DNA from: Callorhinchus milii
Taxonomy: Eukaryota
DNA length: 64,000 bases
NCBI RefSeq assembly: GCF_018977255.1
Contig: NW_024704763.1
Coordinates: 2,914,001 to 2,978,000 of the forward strand
Direction: 5' to 3'
Positions within the stretch are counted from its first letter, which is position 1; every line of letters begins with the position of its first letter. Below the pieces are notes generated by a model, which saw nothing but the letters and a program-made list of their open reading frames with translations, made no database searches and was not told where the DNA came from. The position numbers and the translations under genes were made by a program. This document shows, in pieces, positions 35,556-48,474 of this stretch.

Positions 35556-36924
35556 CCCGACACCCGGACACCCAGACAGACACCCAGACACCCCGACACC
35601 CAGACAGACACCCAGACACCCCGACACCCAGACAGACACCCCGACAGACACCCCGACACCCAGACAGACACCCAGACACCCAGACAGACACCCCGACAGA
35701 CACCCCGACACCCAGACAGACACCCAGACAGACACCCAGACAGACACCCGGACACCCAGACAGACACCCAGACAGACACCCCGACAGACACCCCGACACC
35801 CAGACAGACACCCAGACAGACACCCAGACAGACACCCCGACAGCCAGACAGACACCCCGACACCCAGACAGACAACCGAACACCCGGACAGACACCCCGA
35901 CACCCAGACACCCTAACACCCAGACACCCTAACACCCAGACACCCTAACACCCAGACACCCTAACACCCAGACACCCTGACACCCAGACACTCTGACACC
36001 CAGACACTCTGACACCCAGACACCCTAACACCCAGACACCCTGACACCCAGACACCCTGACACCCAGACACTCTGACACCCAGACACCCTAACACCCAGA
36101 CACCCTGACACCCAGACACCCAGACACTCTGACACCCAGACACCCAGACACCCAGACACCCAGACACTCTGACACCCAGACACCCAGACACTCTGACACT
36201 CTGACACCCAGACACCCTAACACCCAGACACCCTAACACCCAGACACTCTGACACCCAGACACCCTAACACCCAGACACCCAGACACCCTGACACCCAGA
36301 CACTCTGACACCCAGACACCCAGACACCCTGACACCCAGACACCCTAACACCCAGACACCCAGACACTCTGACACCCAGACACCCTAACACCCAGACACT
36401 CTGACACCCAGACACCCTAACACCCAGACACCCTAACACCCAGACACTCTGACACTCTGACACCCAGACACCCTAACACCCAGACACCCTAACACCCAGA
36501 CACTCTGACACCCAGACACCCTAACACCCAGACACCCAGACACTCTGACACCCAGACACCCTGACACCCAGACACTCTGACACCCAGACACCCTAACACC
36601 CAGACACCCTAACACCCAGACACCCAGACACTCTGACACCCAGACACCCTGACACCCAGACACTCTGACACCCAGACACCCTGACACCCTAACACCCAGA
36701 CACCCAGACACTCTGACACCCAGACACCCTAACACCCAGACACCCTGACACCCAGACACTCTGACACCCAGACACTCTGACACCCAGACACCCTAACACC
36801 CTAACACCCAGACACTCTGACACCCAGACACCCAGACACCCAGACACCCTAACACCCAGACACTCTGACACCCAGACACCCAGACACCCTAACACCCAGA
36901 CACTCTGACACCCTGACACTGTGA
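35555..36924 (+). repeat. Compound minisatellite of 8-nt units (CACCCAGA, CACCCCGA, CACCCTAA, CACTCTGA, CACCCTGA)
   Basis: Direct inspection, about 1.35 kb. Confidence 0.95.
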
Positions 36925-37248
36925 CTCTGAACCCGGGACTGAATGTGGGAAACCAGACAGTGAAGGCGGACCTTGGACTGGAGTGTGAAGTAAAGTGGTT
37001 CATTGTCTTCGGAGGAGAAATGATACGTTGAGAAGAAAGTTCACCCAAAAGAAGCTCCGGAGAGAAGTTCCATCGGCGTTTAAATGGTTCACACGATGGC
37101 GGTGGGGACGCGAGGGCTGAGCGGTTGGTTGTCCGGAATGTCGATCAGGGAAGACGCCAAACAGAGTGGCTCTGCCTGAAGGGTCAGTCAGGAAAGTTCC
37201 TGCAGTTTGGGGGAAAAAACATACGGATGGACACTTTCACTGAGAGAT

Positions 37249-37385
37249 NNNNNNNNNNNNNNNNNNNNNNNNNNNNNNNNNNNNNNNNNNNNNNNNNNNN
37301 NNNNNNNNNNNNNNNNNNNNNNNNNNNNNNNNNNNNNNNNNNNNNNNNNNNNNNNNNNNNNNNNNNNNNNNNNNNNNNNNNNNNN
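37249..37385. other. Assembly gap (137 N)
   Basis: Run of n. Confidence 0.99.
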
Positions 37386-37690
37386 AGTAAAGGAGTGAGT
37401 GGGTGAGTAAAGGAGTGAGTGAGTGAATAATTGAGTGAGTGAGTAAATGAGTGAGTGAGTGAGTAAATGAGTGAGTGAGTGAGTGAGTGAGTAAAGGAGT
37501 GAGTGAGTGAGTAAAGGAGTGAGTGGGTGAGTAAAGGAGTGAGTGAGTGAATAATTGAGTGAGTGAGTAAATGAGTGAATGAGTAAATGAGTGAGTGAGT
37601 CAGTAAATGAGTGAGAAAATGAGTGAATAAATGAGTGAGTAAATGAGTGAGTGAGTGAATAATTGAGTGAGTGAGTGAGTGAGTGAGTGA
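37386..37690 (+). repeat. (GAGT)n degenerate microsatellite
   Basis: GAGTGAGT arrays with GTAAAT/GTAAAG variants. Confidence 0.95.
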
Positions 37691-38723
37691 GGATCAGGTA
37701 TGATGGACTCTCTGTGTTGAGTCCGAAGTTGATCGGTGAGAGCAGTGACAACCTCTACGTCGTTAATAACCGGATCGGGTTTTTAAGTCATGAACGAGAG
37801 TAATACTGGAACTCTCGATCCTTTCTCGGGGCGGTTTCCTTTTGCACTTGATGGAGGAATTGTGTGTGTGAGTGAGTATTCGTGTCGGGAGGGGGTGGGA
37901 GGGGGTGGAATCGTGAGACTTCCCAATCTTCAGTAAACTTTCCAACCAGTTTAGCATTTCTTTGGGGTGTTGTTGTTGTTGTTGTTGTTGTGTGGAGGGG
38001 GGAGTGGGTGGTGGTGGTGGTGGTGATGGTGATGGGGTGGAATGATCGAATGCTTTTGCGTTTGCATAGGCGAGAAGGAAGGAAAAGGGAGGACTGGAGG
38101 GAAGGAAGTGTTCCTGTTGGAATGGGTCAGAATTGCAAAGGCAGCAATTACTGTACATGTACCGAAAGAGAAAGAAAAAGAGAGAGAGAGGGGAGAGAGA
38201 GAGAGAGAGAGAGAGAGGTAAGGGAGGAGGAGGAGGAGGAGGAGGAGGAGGAGGGATGAAATAAATTGTTGTTTTTTTTTTAATTGGAACGATCTGATCT
38301 GCCCGAAAATGTCATCCTGTTGGAATAGCCTGGAACCAGCCCGGACATTGTGTACTGCTGCTCACTCACACTCACCCCAACAGCTGCCAGGTTTGCCCAG
38401 ACAGGGCTGAGAGGCAGTAAAGTTATTATTTTTTTATTGTGACATCGTGTTCCTTGAAGGCATGAACCGTGCGGTTCTTTTTCATGCCTTTCCCTCCCCC
38501 CCCACTCCCCACTCCCCACTCCCTGAACTCCTTCTCGTTAGTCAGATAGCATCATCCGTGTGCATTATACCGGAGTAGTGCGGTTAATGATTGTCTTGTC
38601 TCTCAGGCAATGGAGTGTCAGTAGATTGGAGGAGAACTTCAGGTGGAAGCGAGCACATTCTCGGGAGCTGCTCCGATCAACCCTAAGCTCTCCGAGCCTG
38701 TAAATCCCGACATTTGGATGACC

Positions 38724-41700
38724 ATGGCCAGATCCACCTGGGACACCTTCAAGTCCTATCTCCGCAAAGGCGATGGCACGAGTCATCTGACCAGTGACAC
38801 GGTCACCCTGGATTTCTCCGATGACATGGTGGAGGAGGAGGACGACCTGCCCAAATTCGGCAACGCCAACCAACTCCGAGTGGTCGCCTCCGACATGTTT
38901 AGCGAGATTGCCCACGTGCCCACGCTGGTTTGTAACGGGAGCTCCGTGCCCAGTGTCGGGAACCCAGACCCGCAGCAGCCCTATGACGGCTTGCTGTCCT
39001 TCGAGTCCCAAGCCGGGCTTCAGATCCCCAAAGCAGATGCGGTGGAGAAATGCGATGGTTGCACTAAAACTAGAGAGTTGATGAGGCAAAGGACCGTGAA
39101 GAGGAAACTCTGGATTGCCATAACTCTCTACGCTCTATTTACCATCGGAGAGTTCCTGGGTAATTTTTTTCTTCTTTGTGCTTTGCAGAATGCAAGTTTC
39201 GATTTTCTTAAAATCAGGATAAAATTGGTCACAGGGTAAGATTGACTTGTTTGTGGGACATTGCTGTGCGCAAACTGTCCACATGTTTTGCCCATGGGAT
39301 GTCTCGACGATGCGATAAGGCGCTATATCAAATGCAAGGATTATTTAGTTATTTAAGTTTGTGCCATCGTCCTCTCCCCACGGCTATTATTCTGTAAATG
39401 CATTCTCGTAGTGTATTGTTCAGAGCACTCGCCTCGCAAGCGAGAGGACCCGGGTTTGATTCCCGGGCAGGGCGAAACCTTAGGCAAGTTTCCTTACAAA
39501 TCACTTTTCGGGGATAATAATAATAATAATTAAAAAAATGATTTGCTCGCTCAATCAACGACTGTTTGTGGAACACTGCCGTACGCAAGTGGGTGACATT
39601 GTTCGCCCACAAAATGCGCAGTCAATCCACTTTCCAATATTATTCTGTGAAACGCTTTGAGACGTCTCAACGATGTGATAAGGTGCTATGTAAAATGCAA
39701 GGGCGATTTCGACTCCTTTTGAACTGCACATTTGATGGTTCTGAAACCCTCAGTTAAAACCTCGTAACCATTCCCAAGCGTTCATTCTTGTTGGTCTTTA
39801 ATGTGTTCCTACAGGTGGCTTTCTCTCCAATAGCCTGGCTGTTATGACTGATGCTGTGCATATGCTGGCGGATGTTCTTGGAATTGCTGCCTCTCTTTTC
39901 GCACTATACCTCTCTGGAAGGTCTCCAAGCAAACGGTTTACCTTTGGCTGGCACCGGTTTGGTATGTGACCCTTACCTGCTGGGGGTCGTTAAGATTGTG
40001 GTCATCATGACTTGGTTTATTCCGTTGATGTGTTTTGCATGTATAAAAGCTCGGTGCCGTTGACCAACTCGGTTTAGGGTTCGAAGCATCGATGGATGTT
40101 TCGTCAGTGCACTTCTGCCAGTGATGACATTCCCAGCAGTTAGTGGGATGCAAACATATTACTGTACAACAATAAATGGTGAGATATTACAGGTGTCTGC
40201 TTAGTGGTAACGCTTTCTCCTTTGAGTGAAAAAGTTATGGATTCAACCCCGACTTGAGTTTATACTGTAAATCAGTGCTAGGCAGTGCTGTGTTGATGGA
40301 GGTGGTGTTCTATGAAAGAGATTTTAAACTCCACCTGTAGATTTTAAGTATTGTATAACACTATTCAGGAATAGTTTCTCCTGGTGTCCTGGCCAACAGC
40401 TCTTTCTCTACATTGACCTTGTGGTTGTTTGTGGGAGGAACCTACCTTGCTATGCACAAAATGCCTAAGACAGTTAACTTATTTTTTTTGTAAATACTTT
40501 GAGAGGCTTTGATGCGATAAAGTGCCACAAAAATACAAGTGCGTTCATTTCTTTTCCCCACCAAACATTTCGATTTGAATTTCAATGTTTCATATGGAGT
40601 TTAATTGGCCAGTGTGAGAGCTCAGCACACATTGTGGATTTTCTAGTGTCACATTGAGCCAGTATATTGAAAATGAAAAGAACTTGGGGAGAAAAATAAT
40701 CATTGACTGATTTCACTAAAAGCCCTATTTGCCTTCTGGAAGACTGCTCTTAAAGCAATACTGATTATTGCCACATCCAACAGTGTTCAGCTTGATATTT
40801 CGCAAATGCTTCAGCTAGTTTTGACCATTTATTTCTGAACAGGTGATAAAGAAATGGAGCGGTACAGCATTGGGATAGTAATAGAAAGGGATAAAGTAAA
40901 ATATATAGAAAGGGCAAAGGATGTGGAAAGGAAGGTGAGGGGTGATAAGCGTTAGAGCTTTATCAAGGGAGTTCTGTAGCATAGTGGTTAGCGCGCTCGC
41001 CTTGCAAGCAACAGGACTCAAGTTCAATTCCCTGGTAAGATAAAACCATAAGCGTGTTTACTTCCTCCACACGTCTCTGTTTACTTAGCAGTAAGTAGGA
41101 ATACGGTTGTTAGTCGATTGGCGTATTGGGTTTCTGGGCGTAATAATCCCTCAAAAAAATATTGGCCACTCAATCCATGAGTGTTTGTGGGACACCGCTG
41201 TGTGCAATTGACTGCAGCGTTTTGGGTGGGTTTCCGCATGTGTCCAGACACATGGCTACAGCATTGTCTCTGAAGAGATTTGAGATATTTAATTATGTGA
41301 ATGGTGTGTTTCAGTGCTCTATGCATTGCTGTAACTGTTGGGTTTAATGTTTAAGAGGGCAGCTCGTTTATTGGTAATTAAATGCGCAGTGAGCAATTGC
41401 TGCAGTTTGCAAAGCTTTGCACTAATCGGTAAACCAACAAAGAGCTGTATCTGTACTTTGAGTGTGGTTACTTTGTACCTGACCCTGTCAGATCTTTGTC
41501 CTGCACTGTGCGTTGATAGTGAAACAGTAACTGAAAATGGATTTCTCTCCTCGCTGCACGCGCAGTTCAGAAAATCTACCGTGTACAGCTGTTGAGAATG
41601 CGCACTTATTTTAACCCATATTTAACCGAGTGCCAAGCCATGCGCTGCAAGGCTAGGGACACCGGATCCGGTTATGAAACGCAAATTTGCGCCAAAACTA

Positions 41701-44700
41701 TATTACCTCTCCCCTCGGCAGGATACGGCCTGCTCCAGGTCCCCCGCCCGGCCCGCCCCACCTTAGGCAGTCGAGCCTTCAGCTTCTCAGCCCCTACTCT
41801 TTGGAACTCCATCCCACTATCCCTTCGCCTTGCTCCCTCCATTGGCTCCTTCAAGGCACGTCTCAAGGCTCTCTTCTTCGACCGCGCCTTCGGTCACCCT
41901 CCTACCCGTACCCTCCCTGCATTCCAACCCCCCTGATCCCAACCCCCTGCTCGGGTCCAAATCCCTGACTGTCCAGGCCTTGGGCACTGGGTAAATATAA
42001 TTTGTTGCTTTTGTTCCAAACTAAGGCTATACCAGGAACAAGGATCCATTTTAAAAGGTTGTTGTTGTTCACTTGCAAACCGATGTCATTCAGATGACTC
42101 CCAGTCCTGGATAAACCAGGTTGTCATAAGCCTTTGACTTGATCCGAAGTCTTCAGGGGATATTTCTAATGATCACGTCTGTGATGTTTTGAACTGGAAA
42201 CTCCCTCTTGTACCCAAAAGTTGGGCGGATCCTGTAAAATTTCATCTTCCGGTCCTCAGTCCATCTGCTTAATTTGTGCAGGGTTTTTTTTCAGTCTTCC
42301 CTACATTGTTCTCAAAGCTTGATGTCAGCGGCAAATGTACAGTACTCACTTCCACACTGCTTATGGATACCACAAATTGGCACCTTGAAGGATGGCCATT
42401 TTCTCGAGGAAATCTCCTGTGTATCACGCAAAGTCGTGAAACCTCGGCTCGCACCAGAGATTTCATCAGAGTGACTTTACCCAAATTACAGGGATTCTTG
42501 GACAAATTCTCACCTTGACTGGGTGGGGGGCTGGCAGTTGTGGAGTCCTGTAGCGTAGTGGTTAGAGTGCTCGCCTCGTAAACGAGAGGACCCGTGTTCG
42601 ATTTCCAGGCAGGGCGAAACCTAAGTCAAATTTCCTTACTCCACACGCCTAGCAGCAAGTAGGTATCTGGTTGTTAGTTGATTGGTAGATCACTGTTGGG
42701 AGGTAATAATTCCTCAACAAAAAATGTGGTTACTCAATCCACGACAGTTTGTGGGACACTGCTGTGCACAATTGGCTGCTGTGTTCCACCCAAAAAAATA
42801 CAGTCATTATGCTTTACAGTGTATTCTGTGAAGCCATCTCAATGATTTGATAAGGAGTTATATCAAATGCAAGGATTATTATTATTATTATTGCCAGCGG
42901 TTACACCACTAGTGTGTTCTTAAACTGTCCATGTTAATCCCAAACATCCACTCATACAACATCACTGTCAGGTAGCTGTGTGCGAGAGTTCAAGACAGTT
43001 ATGTAATATATAAATGATGCTTCTTGCATTGTTTATGATAATAATAATAAATAATAATATGATCCCACATTACCTAATGCAAGGTGTTAATAAAGAACAC
43101 AAGCTCAACGTTTCATCCAACAAAAAATATCCGGCTAGTATGCGGCTAATCGTAGATATTTCTGACTTTGTTGCTCACTAGTCATCTGATATTGAATCCA
43201 GAAGAGCCATGGACTAATGTAGCTCCACTGGCTACCAATCACAGAACAGATCAATTTCAAGATCACTCTCACTCGTCTTGCCCTGGCACCTTCCTACCTC
43301 TTCAATCTGCTTAGTCCCCACTCCACTGCCTGCTGTCTCCGCTCGGCTGGCTCCAGCCTTCTGCGTGCTCGTCATTCCCTCCGCTCCACCATTGTCGGCC
43401 ATGCTTTCAGCCACTGCGCCCCGAAGCTTTGGAACTCTCTCCCTTAATCCCTCTGCCTTGCCCCCTCCTTCACCTCTTTCATATCATGACTGATCAGGAC
43501 TACAAATCATGACTATAAATGTAAGTTGTTGTTGTTGTGTGCTGTATTGACCAAGGCTAAATTCCTCCCTTTCGTTCTCCAGAGGCTATGGCTGCCATCA
43601 TCAGTGTTATTCTCATCTACTGTGTGACTGTCTGGCTTGTGTTTGAAGCCATACAGAGGACGATACACCAAGATTTCGAGATCAATGCAGACGTGATGAT
43701 CATCATAGCTGCGGTCGGAGTAGCAGTTAACATCATGTAAGTCTGGTGCTCTCTCACTTTATTTGATGGCGGGGTAGGGTTTTTCAAATCCAATTTGGGA
43801 TGAGTTTCCTGAGATCACTTTATATTAATCCAGAGTGAGATGGGTTTCTTCAGAGGCCTTTATGTTAATCCAGAGCCAACTGAAAGAAATGTGAAGCCAT
43901 CCATGCTTCAAATTACTGGAAGAAAGTGCGGTGATCAGAAATGACTGAAAATCTCCAAGATCTATCCTGTAGACACTGTGAGGTTGCAACTGAGTCATGC
44001 AGCAAAGGGAATTAGTGATGTTACTGTAAAAAGGACTTTCTGGTCACTCCCAATAGGACTAATTCCTGGCTTACTTTGTGGCACAGTATACGTGAGTTAA
44101 ATAGTTGCAATACAGCCACCTGCTAACTTTACTCTGTATCTCGACTAAAGATGAGCCAAAAAAAACTCTGGTTGTCTGAATGTCAAAAATACTCTTGAAT
44201 CGGAATGAAAGGCTCTTTGCTGCTTAGTTAATGTGCGACAGGATGGAGTGCTGTGTCCTAAGCGAGTTTCTTTTTATCCTTAATTGTTACCAGGCAGCGC
44301 ATGTGAAATCCGCACTCATGGCCCTGTGCATCCGAACTGCAACCGAGTAGAGCCTTATTGAGTAGGTTAGAGTCTGAAACAGGAGATAATTAAGATGAGA
44401 TGAGCAGGATATAACCCCATCCAGTAAATTACCTCCATTACCGGAGTCTGGAGATAGACAACTTCCAAGCCCAACTGGTTTAACCTTTGTTTCACGATGA
44501 AGAATCACTCCTAAAAATAGCCTGACATTTTTGTTTGGGGATCTTGGGTTAATAATTCCATCAAGTTTTTGAATACAGTACGTTGATGTTATAGTTAATC
44601 CTTTAATCCCCTCTCGCTTGTTTGCCAACGTTCCTGCTGCTGACTCTGTATGTTTACTCATTAGAGCTTGTTTTTTGGCCTGGTATATGCAACCACCTTG

Positions 44701-47244
44701 ATTTTTTGAGGTGCTTGGATTTGAACCAACAAATGGAGCATTTATTTTTGGTCAGCTGGTTCCCATATGCATGCAGAAACTCATCACCAAAATACTGATG
44801 GTTCCACATATGAGTGCTTTTCATTTGTTTGGTATGAAGTGTGTACTCCTCTCACTCTCTCTCTCTCTCCCTCTAGATGTATTCATCCTGTTTGTCTAAG
44901 TTTTGGACAGTTTAGGCACAGTTTTGACAAAAGCTTGGGGACCTCACAGTATGCTAGAATTTTTCCAGCTAAAACCAGGTAGCTTGCAATAATGAACAGT
45001 GGCAAGCTTCCCACTGTTTGCCGGCTAGGACCAACCTACCTGGTAGAGCCTTGGTGGGTCATTTCTGCTCGGAACAGTGAAGAGTACAGACTTTTCCCAG
45101 AATGGAAGATAAGTGAATGACTAGACCAGTGGTAGCCAAACAGTGGCTCCCGGGCCAGAAGTCGCCCATTCGGCCATCAAGAAGTGACCCCTCAATAGCC
45201 GCATGAGTCTAGATAAATCGTGTTCGATCGTTAGTGTGTTTTCAATTTTTTCTTGATTGAATATTTCTTGATTTATGGCAAGAAAAATTCTTTTGATGAC
45301 CATTTATAAAGGTTGGCCGCCACTGAACTAGACCTTTAAGATTCTAGACCAATTGGGCATAGAACCTCTGGATGCTGGACACTTAGTACCACTGTCAGAC
45401 TGGGGTGGGGGGGTGGGGAAAGGTGTATGCAATGTATAGTGCAGTGGCAATGTGTTTCAATGTACAAGTCTTTTTCACCCCCTTCTCGTGTGCTTCCATT
45501 TCTCCTGATGTAACAGAATGGGCTTTTTGCTCAACCAGTCAAGTCACTTGCACTCTCACTCTCACTCGCACTCGCACGGGCTGTCAGGACAAACTGTGCG
45601 CGGAGGTCAAGGGAGTGCTCACGGACACAATCACAGCGCAGGCAGCTTGGCAGTAAGAGCAGCTTTCATCCACGCCCTGGGGGACTTGTTGCAGAGTGTT
45701 GGCGTGCTGGTCGCTGCTTACATCATCCGATTTAAAGTACGTGTTGCATTTCACTCCACTTTACAGTATACCCTGTGAAGCGCTTTGAGACGTCTCGACG
45801 ACGTGATAAGGCGCTGTATCAAATTCAAGGATTAGTATTATTCCCTCTCCTATACCCCTCTATTACCTATTGACACAATTGACAAATTGATTTGTTCAAG
45901 CACACGGCCTCTGTTCTGGTTGCTCCTCAACGATCTTCACTGTTTTGGTTTGACTTTCACAGCCAGAGTACAAGATCGCTGACCCAATCTGTACTTACAT
46001 CTTCTCTTTCCTCGTGCTGTGCACAACATTACGAATCCTGCGGGACACTGGGATCATCTTCTTGGAAGGTAAGGGGATTTATTTTAAATTTAAAAATTGT
46101 TTATTATTTATTTTCAGACAGTGACAACACCCAGAATTGGGGGACAGGGAAGAGCAGTATTGAGACTAGAATCCTATAGAGACAGCGTGTCTGATAAAGG
46201 TCATTCACTTTATGGCTGTTTGTGGAACGGCACTGTGCACATAGTGGCTGTTTAAACATGCAGTCACTGCACTTTACAGTATAGCATGTGAATAATTTTG
46301 AGATGTCTTTCCGATGTGAAAGGCGTTGTATCACTGTGCAATTGCAAAGCTATATGGTGAGATGGTGGACAACGTTTGCACTAAATGCAGGGGAATGATT
46401 ATTATAGTGTCTAATAGCCACTAATTTATATACAAAGACCTTAAGAGTTGCTGCTGTGGATGCATTAACGCTTCTGTCTCTGACGTTCTGCCCACAGGTT
46501 CTCCGAGTCATTTGGACGTCCATTGCATACGGGAGATCTACTAAAAATCGAGGATGTTTACTCTGTCGAAGATCTAAACGTTTGGTCTCTGACTGTGGGC
46601 AAAACAGCAGCCATTGTGCACTTAAAGCTAGGTATGCACACTGCCTTTTAAACTTGGTTACTTGGTAACGTAGCACCATCCTAGCTTAGACCTGGCACCT
46701 GAGAAAGGTGTCATAATAATAATATTTGCATTTGATACAGCGCCTTATCATGTCGTTGAAATGTCCCAAAGCGCTTCATAGAATATATTATCATATATTA
46801 TAAGTGAATTGACTGTATTTTTGGGCAAAACGAGACAGCCGAGTGTCCCAGTGATATAACAAATGCAAGGAATGTTATTTATTATTATTTGCATCTCTAT
46901 TCATATTTATCCCTTTTAGATATTTGTCTTAATTCATTTTTACAGCTATTATGAATTCTGTTTCAGCAATCAGTTCCATGTTCAAATAAGCCTGTGCATA
47001 AGACTCCCCTGTACTCTCCTTGTTTTTTTTTTGTAGTGTGTGTGACAGACGTATAATCCACCTCTTTTTTGTTCATCCAGTTCCAGAGAGTTTCTCCAAT
47101 TGGGAAGAGGTTCAGTGCAAGGCTCGACAGATATTGATGAACACCTATGGGATGCACCAATGCACTGTGCAGCTGCAAAGCTATAGAGACGTTGGTAACA
47201 ATCTTTGCACTAAATGTAGGGTTTCAGACAATCAAAATATCTGA
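38724..47244 (+). CDS. SLC30A4: Zinc transporter 4 (ZnT4), 7 coding exons; 1-nt frameshift in the 6th as assembled
   Basis: join(38724..39159, 39815..39961, 43583..43736, 45517..45736, 45963..46068, 46498..46631, 47081..47244). ACCATGG Kozak start. Motifs: [14 protein letters not shown] (TM2 HxxxD), His-rich loop [23 protein letters not shown] (TM5), [19 protein letters not shown]...CTVQLQSY. 453 aa if one base is restored near 46533. Confidence 0.93.
39403..39700 (+). mobile_element. tRNA-derived SINE in SLC30A4 intron
   Basis: AGAGCACTCGCCTCGCAAGCGAG...GGTTTGATTCCC head plus body. Confidence 0.8.
41700..41990 (+). mobile_element. L2 LINE 3' fragment
   Basis: [30 protein letters not shown]...[14 protein letters not shown]. 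Confidence 0.8.
42543..42892 (+). mobile_element. Full-length tRNA-derived SINE
   Basis: GTAGCGTAGTGGTTAGAG / GTTCGATTTCC head through to a (TTA)n tail. Confidence 0.85.
43220..43540 (+). mobile_element. Degraded L2 3' fragment
   Basis: CACTGGCTACCAATC...TTCAAGATC (HWLPI...FKI) and (TTG)n tail. Confidence 0.65.
45127..45325. mobile_element. hAT (Charlie-like) MITE
   Basis: TIRs CAGTGGTAGCCAAAC / GGTTGGCCGCCACTG. 8-bp TSD GACTAGAC / AACTAGAC. Confidence 0.75.
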
Positions 47245-47906
47245 TTTCACAACTTTTGGAGGGTCAACAAATAGCACGAAGACTAGTATCCTTTTTATAT
47301 ATACCTGCAGTTTGCTCAAACAGCCTCCAGCCATCATAAAGTCAGAGCAAAACCTAATACCAAATAGATGGCTGTACAACAGAAAACACTACATTGCTCT
47401 ACGGAAACTACGTGACTGCTCTCTCTTGGCTGAGGATTATTTTTCCTTCCTCGATTCTGCTCACGCTGGACTTTTCTCGGTTGAAAGACCTGCAAATCGT
47501 TGGCCATTGCCAGTTCCCCAACAATATGATCAATATTTTTTACCTCCAAGAATTGTTCAGAAGTGGCCTCGTAGGACTTTCGACGTCAACGCACGTGTGT
47601 CATAAATATGCGTGAGGGGTGATATATAAATGCAAGTTGTTGTTGTTGGTCGGAACTTTTTCTTTTGTATTTTTCCCCCCAATTTCATTTGCACTTCACC
47701 GCCATTTTGCTTGTACAGCAACTTCTTGAGCAAGTGAGGAACCGTGAAGACATTTACTGTTCCTGGGCCCTTTTTTCATCCGAATCTTGTGATCTTGTTT
47801 ACTTGAGTTTTGAGACAAGCATGATGTTAATTCAGCAGAATATCGGAGTGATTAGGACCTGTGGCCTCCAGCTAAAGTGAAGCATTTCTTAAATACTATC
47901 ATTTAA

Positions 47907-48230
47907 GAACTGTTTCCTCTGGCGGGTGGATCAGTAAGCAGAGGACACAGATTCAAGATAATTAGCAAAAGAACTAGAAGGGAGGGGAGGAGAATTTTTT
48001 TTTACCCAGAGAGTTGTTACGGTCTGGAGCCCACTGCCTGAAAAGGTGGTGGAAGCAGATTTGATAGTAGCTTTCAAAAGGGAATTGGAGAGGTATTTGA
48101 AAAGGAAAAATTGCAGGGCTCTGGGGTAGGAACGGGAGAGTGGGACCAATTGGTAGCTCTTTCAAAGAGCCAGCACAGGCACGATGGGCTGAATGGCCTC
48201 CTTCTGTGCTGTAAGATTCTATGGTTCTAA
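47907..48230 (+). mobile_element. CR1-like LINE 3' end downstream of the SLC30A4 stop
   Basis: CTGTTTCCTCTGGCGGG...TTTACCCAGAGAGTTGTT...GGCACGATGGGCTGAATGGCCTCCTTCTGTGCTGTAAGATTCTATG. Confidence 0.85.
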
Positions 48231-48474
48231 GTTCAATTGTTTCTGGTGATCGTGGTCAACATCTTACACATTCACTGGGTCTTCTAAAGGTGAAGCTGAC
48301 AGACTCTGCTTCCTCTTAGCTACGATTAATGACACAGATTTTTAAGTGCCAAACACAGGGGATAAGCTACATTTAGGACTGTGTTCAATAAGGTTATAAC
48401 CCGAACAGGTTTACCTAGCCTTAATCATTGTGAATATTATGTAAGACACATCCATTCAAGTTGCTTCTTTATTA

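Noticed and set aside
34267-36783. Many long Pro/Gly-rich and SGCLGV-repeat ORFs
   Set aside because: Stop-poor translations of a CpG island and a minisatellite.
35555-36924. CRISPR-like array or interstitial telomere
   Set aside because: No unique spacers and no cas genes in this eukaryotic DNA. CCCTAA occurs inside 8-mers, never as tandem hexamers.
38558-38564. Metal-response-element core (TGCACAC on -) near SLC30A4
   Set aside because: A single 7-mer in an intron is expected by chance.
38565-39089. 174-aa minus-strand ORF
   Set aside because: Antisense shadow of the first SLC30A4 coding exon.
38724-47244. Calling SLC30A4 a pseudogene
   Set aside because: Only one lesion, in a short G run. 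All splice sites and zinc ligands are intact.
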